The notes beneath the pieces were generated by a model that saw only the letters and a list, made by a program, of their open reading frames with translations, ran no database searches and was not told where the DNA came from. This document shows positions 30,310-40,437 of a stretch of DNA of 60,480 nucleotides, in pieces (the stretch's first letter is position 1; each line of letters starts with the position of its first letter). Source of the DNA: an uncultured Nitrospiraceae bacterium (GTDB lineage: Bacteria > UBA10199 > SBBF01); NCBI GenBank assembly GCA_964592255.1, contig CAZQCI010000002.1, positions 1-60,480 of the forward strand. The letters are read 5' to 3'. The translations under genes were made by a program, and so were the position numbers.

Positions 30310-30488
30310 ATGTCTCTCCTTGTTGATGATGGTTGTGTCGGTTTTTGCACCACGCAAAGAAACCGGCAGTTTAAACGACGCCTCCCTCTAAAAAGGTTTC
30401 CGCTTTTAACTGCATAAAAATGGGGAAAAACCTTGCCATAGAAATAAAGGGCTGAAAAGGACTTTTTTCCATTTTTTTGGGGTTTTAA

Positions 30489-32057
30489 GTGTTGAATTTA
30501 TGGGTTATTATTAAAATTATTCTCTATAATACCTCCTTTTTGAAGTTTATGGATTATCTTAAAATAGGGGTCACATGGCAGTTGGATTTTGTTTTTTTTG
30601 GCCTTTTGATATGGCTTATCTTTTTATTGCTCCATGTTTGGGTCCGTAAAAAAGGGCTAAAAAAAGGTTTGGGTTTATGGGTCTGGTTGACCTTCTTTTT
30701 TTCCCTAGGCGTTAGCTGGTTTGCCGTTCAAATGGCTGGTCAGCATGAAAGCCAAAGGGTTGAAAAAATGCTGATGTTGTTTGCCCCCTTTTATGCCCAG
30801 GAATTGGAAGTCATGGGCCATGAAAAAATCACCCTTCAGACTTCTCCCACAGATCCTTTATATTTGTCCCTGATTGATGCTGAAAAACGATGGCTTGCTT
30901 CCAACCCAGAAGTGCACGACATTTATACTTTAAAAAAAGTGAATGGTCATAAGGTATTTTTGGTCGATTCCGAAACGGACTATAATAAAAATGGTCTTTA
31001 CGATCAGGAAAACGAAACTCGTACATCCATTGGGGAATCTTACGACTTTAATGACCGCGGCCTGGATTTGGCTTTTGCAGGGTTGCCTAATTTCGATAAA
31101 GAACCTGTGACGGATCGCTGGGGAACCTGGATCAGCGCTAACTACCCTCTTTATAACTCCTCTGGAATGGTTTCTGCCGTTCTTGGTATCGATTACAGTG
31201 CTGAAGAGTGGTTTGCAGCTATTTTAAATGGACGTTTGGCACAAATGACTTTTTTGGCCGTTGTATTTGTGGTTTTGGGGGCTTCTTCTGTCACCATTTC
31301 TCTACTGCAATTGGATATTGAAAATCGTAAGCACATTGAGCGCATGAAAGATGAAATGATAGGGACCGTTTCCCACGAATTAAGAGCGCCTTTAACCCTT
31401 ATTAAAGGAGCCCTCCAAAATCTTAAACTGGGAGTGATGGGAGAGGTTCTTCCACAGCAGTCCCAAGCCATTGAGTCCACCAATCGGCATGTCGATCGTT
31501 TAGCTCATATGGTGGATGATCTGCTCAATTTGGCCCGATTAGAATCGGGTAAAGCCCGGCTTAATCGGGAATCAATTTCTCTCAAGTCTTTAATCGATGG
31601 GCTGGTTCACGATTTTAAAAAAGAGCTAGATGAGCGGCATTTGCATATGGATACTACTTTTAAACCAGGATTAAAGGACGTGTATGCGGATGAATCTCTC
31701 GTTTTTAGGGTGATCTGTAACCTTATTAGCAATGCACTGCGTTTTGCTAAAAAACATATTTCAATTACTGTCGAGCCATACCGGCTTGATTCAGTGTCTT
31801 CAGTCCAAGGCATGAAAGTATCTATTGCCAACGATGGACCGAGTATTGCCCCGGAAGACCGCTCTCGCTTATTTAACAAATACGAACAAATTGAGCGGGC
31901 GAAATCTCAGCCAGGCTATCGAGGGACTGGTTTAGGTCTGGCTATTTCTAAAGAAATTATTGAATTGCATCATGGAAAAATTGGAGTCGACAACCAGGCG
32001 GAAGGCATTTCTTTCTGGTTTTTTCTTCCTTGTGACGCAGGGGAACCCCACGCATGA
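30489..32057 (+). CDS. Sensor histidine kinase with periplasmic Cache/PDC-like domain
   Basis: TM helices flank a sensor domain (DRWGTWISANYPLYNSSGMVSAVLGIDYS). H-box VSHELRAPL, plus N, G1 and G2 boxes (NLISNALRF, GTGLGLAISKEI). Start is uncertain: GTG at 30489 or ATG at 30549. Confidence 0.85.
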   Translation: MLNLWVIIKIILYNTSFLKFMDYLKIGVTWQLDFVFFGLLIWLIFLLLHVWVRKKGLKKGLGLWVWLTFFFSLGVSWFAVQMAGQHESQRVEKMLMLFAPFYAQELEVMGHEKITLQTSPTDPLYLSLIDAEKRWLASNPEVHDIYTLKKVNGHKVFLVDSETDYNKNGLYDQENETRTSIGESYDFNDRGLDLAFAGLPNFDKEPVTDRWGTWISANYPLYNSSGMVSAVLGIDYSAEEWFAAILNGRLAQMTFLAVVFVVLGASSVTISLLQLDIENRKHIERMKDEMIGTVSHELRAPLTLIKGALQNLKLGVMGEVLPQQSQAIESTNRHVDRLAHMVDDLLNLARLESGKARLNRESISLKSLIDGLVHDFKKELDERHLHMDTTFKPGLKDVYADESLVFRVICNLISNALRFAKKHISITVEPYRLDSVSSVQGMKVSIANDGPSIAPEDRSRLFNKYEQIERAKSQPGYRGTGLGLAISKEIIELHHGKIGVDNQAEGISFWFFLPCDAGEPHA

Positions 32058-32791
32058 AACTTTTCCTTGCCCGAGTTTTATTTTTACTCAGCCTGACTTT
32101 TGCTGCCGCTTCTCTTCATGCTGAAGAAAAAGTGTGGAGTGTTGGGACCGATTTGGAATTGAATTCCCGTTATATTTGGCGCGGTTTTTTTTATAGCGAA
32201 GGAGTTGTTTTTCAACCTGCGTTTTGGGTGTCGGCGTTCGATTTTACATTTACAGTTTGGAATAACTTAGTCCTCAATGATGAAGAAGCCCAGGGTCAAA
32301 TCAATGAGATAGACCTTTATCTCGATTACGAGCATGAATTTGGGAATTTAACTGTTTCTCCTTCCTTATGGTTTTATACTTATCCTGGATTTCCCGATCC
32401 TGATACGGGCGAAATGGCTGTAAAGCTTGCTTATCAACTTGGTCCTTTTGTGGCGCGGACCACACAAGTGATGGATTTTTTGTCCTATGATGGGGCCTAT
32501 TACGGCGATGCCGGCATGGCTTTTAAACACGAATTTAATAAAAAAATTTCTATGGAAATTTATTCCGGTATTGGTTGGGGGTCCAACCGGTTTAATGAGG
32601 CTTATGGAGGTTTGTCACAGGGGGCACTTAATTTGATGGAAAGTTCGGCTTATATTCTTTGGCAAGTTAATGAGCATCTCTCCTTTAAACCCCATCTGGC
32701 ATTTACTGCCATCGTAGATAAAAACCTTCGACAAGCCCAATCGGAATCTCGTCTTTGGTATGGTGGCTTGACGACAGGGCTGGAATTTTAA
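32054..32791 (+). CDS. Small outer-membrane beta-barrel protein (Gcw_chp/TIGR02001-like pattern)
   Basis: Signal peptide MKLFLARVLFLLSLTFAAASLHA, alternating beta-strand pattern, SRYIWRGF...EIDLYLDY motif, and a C-terminal ...GLEF. ATGA overlap with the kinase stop. Confidence 0.6.
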   Translation: MKLFLARVLFLLSLTFAAASLHAEEKVWSVGTDLELNSRYIWRGFFYSEGVVFQPAFWVSAFDFTFTVWNNLVLNDEEAQGQINEIDLYLDYEHEFGNLTVSPSLWFYTYPGFPDPDTGEMAVKLAYQLGPFVARTTQVMDFLSYDGAYYGDAGMAFKHEFNKKISMEIYSGIGWGSNRFNEAYGGLSQGALNLMESSAYILWQVNEHLSFKPHLAFTAIVDKNLRQAQSESRLWYGGLTTGLEF

Positions 32792-33315
32792 GACTGCGGG
32801 ATCAGGCTTAGATAGGCTTGAAGTTCTGCGATAGATTCCCGAATATCGTCAACGGCTCTGTGACTTTTCTTTTTCTTAAAATCAACACCAAACTTATCAC
32901 GGAAAATTTCTTTAAAAGAACTGACGTCAATCAATCGGTAGTGGAGGCGATCGGCAAAGCGGGGCATATATTTGTCGATGAAACGTCGATCATTGCCTAC
33001 GGAATTACCGGCGAGAACTACCTTATGTGTTAATTCAAAGTGACGGTTGATGATGCCTAATAAATCTTCTTCCACTAAAGGAAGTGCTTTGCCATGAGGT
33101 ACTTTGGCCGTCAGCCCGCTGGCCCCATGTGTTTTTTTACACCAATCATCCATGCCATCCAACGCGGATTGGGGTTGGTAGACTACTTGTTCGTATTCTT
33201 CCAAAATATTAAAATTTAAGTCTGTAATGAGCACAGCGACTTCAAGGATGACTTCTTTTTTTTCATCCAAGCCTGTCATCTCCATATCGATCCAAAATAT
33301 TTTTTTAGTTTTCAA
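32788..33315 (-). CDS. orn: Oligoribonuclease
   Basis: DEDDh exonuclease motifs (IFWIDMEMTGLD, GNSVGNDRRF, HRAVDDIRESI). About 175 aa, as for Orn. Confidence 0.9.
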   Translation of the reverse strand: MKTKKIFWIDMEMTGLDEKKEVILEVAVLITDLNFNILEEYEQVVYQPQSALDGMDDWCKKTHGASGLTAKVPHGKALPLVEEDLLGIINRHFELTHKVVLAGNSVGNDRRFIDKYMPRFADRLHYRLIDVSSFKEIFRDKFGVDFKKKKSHRAVDDIRESIAELQAYLSLIPQS

Positions 33316-33718
33316 ATGAAACCCTCCTGTTTTTCTTTTTTTCGGATTGTTTTTTCTTCTCTCCTAACATTTTTTCTTTGGCTTTTTTCGAACGTTTTCT
33401 TTTTTGTCGCCGGATCTTTTCAATACGTTGTCTTTCTAAACTTTTCTTTCCTTCCACTCTCCGGATTATTTCTTCCAGCAGCAGACGCCTGGCGATGAAA
33501 CGGTTTAATGCCTGTGACCGGCTGGTTTGAGAGCGAATTTGAACGCCGGTAGGCTTATGGGTTAACTGTACACAACTGGATGTTTTATTAATTTTCTGCC
33601 CTCCAGCCCCCGAAGCACGAATAAAGTTTTCCTCCAAATCCTCTTCTTTAATCCCATAGTGCCGCATTTGGTTTTCCAACTGCGCTTGTTTTGCTGGGCT
33701 TACAGGAAATTGAGGCAT
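33305..33718 (-). CDS. GGQ-motif RF-1-domain protein (ArfB/ICT1-like peptidyl-tRNA hydrolase)
   Basis: SGAGGQKINKTSS motif and a long Lys/Arg-rich C-terminal tail. Start placed at MPQFPVSPAK (33718), which leaves a 65-nt divergent spacer. The longest ORF reaches 33772. Confidence 0.75.
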   Translation of the reverse strand: MPQFPVSPAKQAQLENQMRHYGIKEEDLEENFIRASGAGGQKINKTSSCVQLTHKPTGVQIRSQTSRSQALNRFIARRLLLEEIIRRVEGKKSLERQRIEKIRRQKRKRSKKAKEKMLGEKKKQSEKKKNRRVSFEN

Positions 33719-33783
33719 GAAAAACTTATACAGGGAAGAAATCTCATTGACAAGTGGCAGGTCAATACTCATTCTTAAAGACT

Positions 33784-34497
33784 ATGAATATTCCAACTCG
33801 TACTTCTTTTAGTGTTGAAGAACATGCTCAAGAAACAGCTCGTTTTATGTCGAAGGTTTATATGTGGATGACCATTGGCATTCTTCTTTCCGCAACCGCT
33901 TCCTATGCGGTGGCGTCCAATCCTCAATGGGTAAAGGCTATTGTTTTCAACCGCGTTGTTTTTTACGCTCTATTGATTGGTCAAATTGGTGCTGTATTAT
34001 CTTTTTCTCTCCTCATCCAAAAAATCAATGCACTGATGGCTACGGCCCTTTATCTTTTTTATGCTCTCTTGACGGGGTTGACTCTATCCGTGATTTTTTT
34101 CGTTTATACTCAGGAAAGTATTATTCAAGTGTTTATTCTGACGGCGTTTGCTTTTGCAGGTCTTTCTGCTTTTGGCTATTTTACTAAAATCGATTTGGGA
34201 CCCATAGGTTCTTTTTGTATGATGGGTTTGTGGGGCTTGGTTGGCTTTGGTGTGGCCAGTTTTTTTATGCCGACTCTCATGAATAATACCACCAGCCAAG
34301 TCTATGCCATTGTTGGTATTCTCGTGTTCTCTGGTCTTACGGCGTATGATACTCAAAAAATAAAGGCCATGAATATTTTGGGTAATGAAGGAACCGAAGA
34401 AGATCATAAAGAAGCGATTCATGGGGCTCTAATTCTTTATCTCGATTTTATAAACCTCTTTCTTAAACTGCTTCGTTTAATGGGACGAAGAAAATAA
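33784..34497 (+). CDS. BAX inhibitor-1 / YccA-family membrane protein
   Basis: Seven predicted TM helices. Family-typical FMSKVYMWM at the N-terminus and a C-terminal ...GALILYLDFINLFLKLLRL. Confidence 0.8.
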   Translation: MNIPTRTSFSVEEHAQETARFMSKVYMWMTIGILLSATASYAVASNPQWVKAIVFNRVVFYALLIGQIGAVLSFSLLIQKINALMATALYLFYALLTGLTLSVIFFVYTQESIIQVFILTAFAFAGLSAFGYFTKIDLGPIGSFCMMGLWGLVGFGVASFFMPTLMNNTTSQVYAIVGILVFSGLTAYDTQKIKAMNILGNEGTEEDHKEAIHGALILYLDFINLFLKLLRLMGRRK

Positions 34498-34620
34498 TTC
34501 TTAACAAATCTTAATATTATTCTCAGGTTTGTCTAACCCATAACGGGCACAAAGCTATTGGATAAGAAACAGAGTGGACGTGAGGCTCTCTCGGCACTTT
34601 CTGATTCTTATCCTGATTTT

Positions 34621-35004
34621 ATGATTAAATATATCATTGCTTTATCCGCATTTTTATTTTTGTCCCCTGTTTTGGCGCAGGCGTGTGCTGATCATGAATC
34701 CAATCAAGGGAAAAAAGAAGCCTGCCATGGGGATGTTCAGAAGTTTTGTAAAGACGTGAAACCAGGAGATGGCAATATTCATAAATGCTTGGCGGATCAT
34801 AAAGACTCGCTCAGTACCGAGTGTAAGGAAGGAATGAAAGAAGCTAAGGAACATCATGATGCCAAACAAGAGGCATGTAAAGGCGATGTGGAAAAACTGT
34901 GTAAGGATGTGCAAAAAGGAGAAGGTCGCATCCGTGACTGTCTTAAATCACACGAATCCTCCCTCAGTGCCGATTGTAAAGCCACTTTTGATAAAAAACC
35001 TTAA
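34621..35004 (+). CDS. Secreted cysteine-rich repeat protein (two Cys-rich units)
   Basis: ATG at 34621 gives the signal peptide MIKYIIALSAFLFLSPVLAQA. Two copies of C-x-GDV-x-K-x-CKDV-x2-G-x-G-x-I-x2-CL-x2-H-x2-SLS-x2-CK follow. Followed by a terminator. Confidence 0.65.
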   Translation: MIKYIIALSAFLFLSPVLAQACADHESNQGKKEACHGDVQKFCKDVKPGDGNIHKCLADHKDSLSTECKEGMKEAKEHHDAKQEACKGDVEKLCKDVQKGEGRIRDCLKSHESSLSADCKATFDKKP

Positions 35005-35067
35005 TCTATAAGAGTTGTATGCAAGTAGGACCCATCAATCCATAGTGTGATAAGCCACACTGTGGTC

Positions 35068-35097
35068 GCCCTGTCTTAAAAAGACAGGGCTTTTTTT
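35068..35097 (+). terminator. Rho-independent terminator after the Cys-rich protein gene
   Basis: Stem GCCCTGTCTT/AAGACAGGGC, about a 3-nt loop, then TTTTTTT. Confidence 0.7.
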
Positions 35098-35145
35098 CTT
35101 TTCTGTTCATTTTTATTTATATATAAAATTTTATTATAGTAATTC

Positions 35146-35181
35146 GACTTTTGCCGAGTACGTCAGTGCCCGGCAAAAGTC
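35146..35181. other. Isolated 11-bp-stem hairpin of unknown role upstream of the enoyl-CoA hydratase gene
   Basis: GACTTTTGCCG-(14 nt)-CGGCAAAAGTC. No flanking T-run on either strand. Sits in an AT-rich 259-bp spacer. Confidence 0.35.
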
Positions 35182-35263
35182 AGATATTACTTATGGTTGC
35201 ACAAAATAGACTGTACCAATTGAAAGTTAATCAACCATACCGTATTTTTACATAAAGGAAATT

Positions 35264-36040
35264 ATGGCTTGGAATATTTCAGAAAAAGAAGGGGTTGTGA
35301 TTGTAGAAATGAACTCGAACAAAGCGAATTTGCATAATCCCGCTTTCTTTGCCGACTTTCATCACGCTTTCGATCAAGTTGATAAAGATTTTCCGAGTCT
35401 TCCTCTCATTTTTACCGCGTCTGGAGCTATTTTTAGTGCCGGTATTGATTTTTCATATTGCTTTGATCTTTTTGAAAAAGGGAATCAGGATGAAGTTCAT
35501 GATTGGTTTAAAAATTACAGCGGTATGATGCTCCGCCTTTTTAAGTCGCCACGTCTGACAGTTGCCGCCATCAATGGCCATACTTTTGCTGGAGGAGCCA
35601 TTTTGGCTCTTTGTTGTGATTTCAGAATTGGGGTAGGGGGATCGGCGCGTTATAGTATCAACGAAGTACCTGTTGGCGTCCCTATGCCGAGCGTTTATAC
35701 AGAAATTATTCGTTGTCGTTTGGGTAATCCGGCTGCTTCTGAATCGATTCTTTCCGGAGAAGTTTATCATGCGGAATCTGCCCTTAAGTTGGGAATTATC
35801 AAAAAAATCGTTGCCGCCGATCAACTGATTACTGAAGCGGTCAAGCAAGCTTTAGTGATTACCCCAGATTGCTATACAGCCTACGCCCATTCAAAGAAGG
35901 CCTTACAAGCCCCTTTTCTACAATTCATCCAGGAACATTCTCCACGTATCGAAATTGAAACGGTTAAAAAAATTTGTGCCCCCGATTCAAAAAGAGCGCA
36001 GCGAACTGCTTTTAATCGATTACAGAGTTCAAAGAAATGA
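35264..36040 (+). CDS. Enoyl-CoA hydratase/isomerase (crotonase) family protein
   Basis: Crotonase-fold pattern (FSAGIDF..., VAAINGHTFAGGAILALCCDFRI). AAAGGAAA RBS. Confidence 0.8.
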   Translation: MAWNISEKEGVVIVEMNSNKANLHNPAFFADFHHAFDQVDKDFPSLPLIFTASGAIFSAGIDFSYCFDLFEKGNQDEVHDWFKNYSGMMLRLFKSPRLTVAAINGHTFAGGAILALCCDFRIGVGGSARYSINEVPVGVPMPSVYTEIIRCRLGNPAASESILSGEVYHAESALKLGIIKKIVAADQLITEAVKQALVITPDCYTAYAHSKKALQAPFLQFIQEHSPRIEIETVKKICAPDSKRAQRTAFNRLQSSKK

Positions 36041-36053
36041 TGGGTTTTAAAAA

Positions 36054-36102
36054 AACATATCAGATGCTTATAATTGACATACGATATGTTTTATTTTAAA
36101 AT
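36054..36102 (+). promoter_or_regulatory. Putative sigma70-type promoter of vapBC (TTGACA-17 nt-TAAAAT) bracketed by an 8-bp inverted repeat
   Basis: TTGACA at 36074-36079 and TAAAAT at 36097-36102. The inverted repeat AACATATC (36054-61) / GATATGTT (36083-90) flanks the -35 box. The vapB ATG lies at 36109 with no SD sequence. Confidence 0.5.
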
Positions 36103-36108
36103 CTTCTT

Positions 36109-36348
36109 ATGAGACGCACTACTCTTTTATTGGAAGATGCCCTTTATGACCATATTAAGGCTTTAAGTGTGAAGAAGGGGACCACAATCAAAGAAGTTCT
36201 TAATGATCTTTTGCGGTTTTCCCTACAAAATCTTGTAAAGAAAACCCCAGAAAAAAAAATTTGTTTTCCACTTCATAGGAAAAATGGGCCTCTTCCCGGT
36301 GTTGACATAGCAGACCGACAAGCCCTCTATGATTTAATGGAGGAATAA
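36109..36348 (+). CDS. Type II antitoxin, ribbon-helix-helix (VapB-like)
   Basis: 79 aa. N-terminal RHH-like MRRTTLLLEDALYDHIKALSVKKGTTIKEVLNDLL. Ends 2 nt before the PIN toxin gene. Confidence 0.7.
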   Translation: MRRTTLLLEDALYDHIKALSVKKGTTIKEVLNDLLRFSLQNLVKKTPEKKICFPLHRKNGPLPGVDIADRQALYDLMEE

Positions 36349-36350
36349 TT

Positions 36351-36788
36351 GTGGCTGTGGCTCTTGATACCAATATCTTTATCTACGTCCATTTTGACCA
36401 ATATCCTGAACACGAAAAGGCAAAATCATTTTTGCGACAGCTGTTCTCCTTACCGGATCCCTTCTATTTGAGCTGGCAAGTTTACTATGAGTACATACGC
36501 ATTGTAACCCATCCTAAAATTCATCGCCTGCCTTTGACTGTGGCTCAAGCTATTGAAGATATGCGCTGTTATCTGGAAGATTCCCGTTGTCAAATGCTTG
36601 TAGAAACGGAAAACCACCAGAAAGTGGTGAAAGAGCTTTTTAAAGAAGTCCCCAAAGCGAGGGGAAATTTTATTCATGATTGCCATTATGCGGCTCTTCT
36701 TAAGGAACATTCCGTTCAGGAAATCGTGACGGCTGACATGGATTTTAAGAAATTTGGTTTTCTCAAAGTTATCAATCCTTTGGTTTAA
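36351..36788 (+). CDS. vapC: Type II toxin, PIN-domain ribonuclease (VapC family)
   Basis: PIN acidic residues lie in the expected contexts: LDTNIFIY, YYEY, IHDCHYAALL, TADMDF. GTG start. About 145 aa. Confidence 0.8.
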   Translation: MAVALDTNIFIYVHFDQYPEHEKAKSFLRQLFSLPDPFYLSWQVYYEYIRIVTHPKIHRLPLTVAQAIEDMRCYLEDSRCQMLVETENHQKVVKELFKEVPKARGNFIHDCHYAALLKEHSVQEIVTADMDFKKFGFLKVINPLV

Positions 36789-36830
36789 AGCCGGTTTTTT
36801 CCTCGACCTCTCTCTTTTCCTTCTATATAG

Positions 36831-38090
<1,260 letters not shown>

Positions 38091-38116
38091 AACTTAAAAC
38101 ACTGTCGAACTAAATT

Positions 38117-38491
38117 ATGAATTCAATCTTCAAGAAAGCATTACACTGTGTTCTGTTATTAAATATCATGTTTATTTCTACGGCTTATGCACAAGAGGCA
38201 GCCGCTGCACCAGCTGGGGCTCCGGGAGGTTTATTAGGTTCCTTGGCTCCTTTGGTTGTTATTTTCTTCATTTTTTATTTTCTTTTGGTTCGTCCGCAAC
38301 AAAAACAACAAAAGTTACGCCAGCAAATGCTGGGTCAGCTTAAAAGAGGGGATGAAGTGGTTACGAATGGGGGGGTATATGGTAAAATCACTGATTTAAC
38401 CGATGCCATTGTCATGTTGCAAATTGCATCTAATGTCACCATCAAAGTCGATCGAGCTCAAGTGAACTCGGTTGTCGCCAAAGAATCCTAA
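38117..38491 (+). CDS. yajC: Preprotein translocase subunit YajC
   Basis: YajC core LVVIFFIFYFLLVRPQQKQQK...GDEVVTNGGVYGKI. Canonical tgt-yajC-secD-secF order. Confidence 0.85.
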   Translation: MNSIFKKALHCVLLLNIMFISTAYAQEAAAAPAGAPGGLLGSLAPLVVIFFIFYFLLVRPQQKQQKLRQQMLGQLKRGDEVVTNGGVYGKITDLTDAIVMLQIASNVTIKVDRAQVNSVVAKES

Positions 38492-38497
38492 ATCATC

Positions 38498-40429
38498 ATG
38501 TCCAATACATTTAAGTGGAAGACTCTTGTTATTTTAGCTTCGATATTGCTTTCTTTTTACTTTTTGACTCCTTCGTTGTTTAATTTTCAAGAACGCATCG
38601 AGGCAGCCAATCGAGCTGGTGTTCCAGTACCAAGTTATATTTCTTTCTTTCCTAAAAAAGGGGTGAATCTGGGGCTTGATTTACGTGGCGGTCTTTATGT
38701 TGAGCTTAATGTTGATCTCCAAGAAGCCCTTAAAAATCGTTTGGGTGTTTTGCTAACACAAATGGAGCAACAATTGGGTCCTAAGTTTCCTGGACTTAAA
38801 CTTGAACGTGTTGCCGCCGCTAATCGTGTACGTGTTACTTTGCCTGATGATAAAAAAGGCGATTTTCTTAATGAGTTGCGTGATAATTTTGGAGATATTT
38901 TTGAACAAGCTACTCTTGTTTCGGAATTACATTACCGTGTTGAAGGGGTGAGCTCCCTATCTGATTTTCTCCCAAAGCTTCAAACTTTTCTTAATCCCCA
39001 AGGTGTGGCGGATATTGAAGTCCAAGATCAATCCTTACGCCTGATTTTACGCCAGCCGGGAAGCCAAGATTCTATTCTGGCAGCTTTGCAAAATTCTCCT
39101 TTTGCCGCCAACTTAAAGTCTCAAACGCCTGTTGGTATTACCATTCTTCAAGTGACAGAGCTTTATTCTAAAACCCTGCGGGACTTAACACTCAAACAGG
39201 CTGTGGAAGCAGTACGCAACCGTGTTGACCGTTATGGTGTGTCCGAGGCTGGTATTCAGTTGCAAGGTGAGGATCGCATCATTGTTGAAATTCCGGGTGT
39301 TAAAGATCCAGACCGGGTTATTAATATTATCCGTAAGACAGGTTTGCTGGAATTCCGCTTAGTGGATGAAGACGTCAAACAAAATGATGTGTCTACTTGG
39401 GTGAAAGAGGCACAAACCCAAAATAACTTGGCTGGCCGTTACGAAAAAGAAGCAGTGGAAAAAATCAATCAAGCCCTTAAAGGAAAAATTCCTGCCGATG
39501 ATGAGGTCTTGTTTGAAGTAGAGCGTGATCCTATTACTAAAGAAATTGTTAACGGTGTCCCTTATGTTGTGAAGAAACGTGCGGATGTGACCGGGGACAT
39601 GTTGCGCAATGCCCAAGTGGGTATTAATAACAACGAACCTCATGTGAGCCTTTCTTTTAATAAAATTGGAACCAAAAATTTTGGTGAGTTGACTAAAAAT
39701 AATATTGGAAAAAAACTGGCCATTATTCTGGATGGCTTTGTGTCCAAAGCACCCGTGATTCAAAGTGCGATTATGGACGGTGAAGCTCAAATTACACTTG
39801 GTTACGGCAGCTACCAGTCTCTTTTGACAGAAGCCAACGACTTGGCTTTATTGTTGCGCGAAGGAGCCTTGCCAGCGTCTCTCACTGTGGCCACCCGTAC
39901 TGTTGTTGGCCCTAGCTTAGGAGCCGATTCTATCCGGCAAGGGCTTACTTCTATGGTGATAGCTGCTTTGGTGATTGTTCTTTTTATGGCTGTCTACTAT
40001 CGCTGGGGTGGTATTTTGGCCGATGTGGCCTTGATTATTAATATGTTGTTTTTGTTTGCGTTGTTGGCTGTTCTGCAGGCTTCCCTGAGCCTTCCTGGTA
40101 TTGCCGGAATTGTGCTGACCATGGGGATGGCGGTGGATGCCAACGTGATTATTTTTGAAAGAATGCGCGAAGAACTCCGTTTGGGTAAAACTGCCAAAGC
40201 TGTGGTTGAGGCTGGTTATCAACATGCCATGTCCGCTATTATCGACTCGAATCTTACAACTCTCATTGCCGGAGTGGTTTTATATCAGTTTGGTACCGGA
40301 CCCATTAAAGGTTTTGCTACAACTCTGATGATTGGTATCGTCACTACCATGGTGACGGCGGTGTTTATGACACGCGTTGTGTATGATTATTTTATTTACG
40401 TAAGAAAAATAAATAAGGTGAGCATTTAA
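38498..40429 (+). CDS. secD: Protein translocase subunit SecD
   Basis: N-terminal TM helix, large periplasmic domain, and a C-terminal 5-TM SecDF core (GIAGIVLTMGMAVDANVIIFERMREE). Confidence 0.92.
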   Translation: MSNTFKWKTLVILASILLSFYFLTPSLFNFQERIEAANRAGVPVPSYISFFPKKGVNLGLDLRGGLYVELNVDLQEALKNRLGVLLTQMEQQLGPKFPGLKLERVAAANRVRVTLPDDKKGDFLNELRDNFGDIFEQATLVSELHYRVEGVSSLSDFLPKLQTFLNPQGVADIEVQDQSLRLILRQPGSQDSILAALQNSPFAANLKSQTPVGITILQVTELYSKTLRDLTLKQAVEAVRNRVDRYGVSEAGIQLQGEDRIIVEIPGVKDPDRVINIIRKTGLLEFRLVDEDVKQNDVSTWVKEAQTQNNLAGRYEKEAVEKINQALKGKIPADDEVLFEVERDPITKEIVNGVPYVVKKRADVTGDMLRNAQVGINNNEPHVSLSFNKIGTKNFGELTKNNIGKKLAIILDGFVSKAPVIQSAIMDGEAQITLGYGSYQSLLTEANDLALLLREGALPASLTVATRTVVGPSLGADSIRQGLTSMVIAALVIVLFMAVYYRWGGILADVALIINMLFLFALLAVLQASLSLPGIAGIVLTMGMAVDANVIIFERMREELRLGKTAKAVVEAGYQHAMSAIIDSNLTTLIAGVVLYQFGTGPIKGFATTLMIGIVTTMVTAVFMTRVVYDYFIYVRKINKVSI

Positions 40430-40437
40430 AGGACATC

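Noticed and set aside
30381-30396. The 16-mer CCTCCCTCTAAAAAGG is shared with 43834-43849.
   Set aside because: A single 16-nt match in about 60 kb (both strands) is roughly what chance allows. The flanks do not align, so I did not call it a repeat family.
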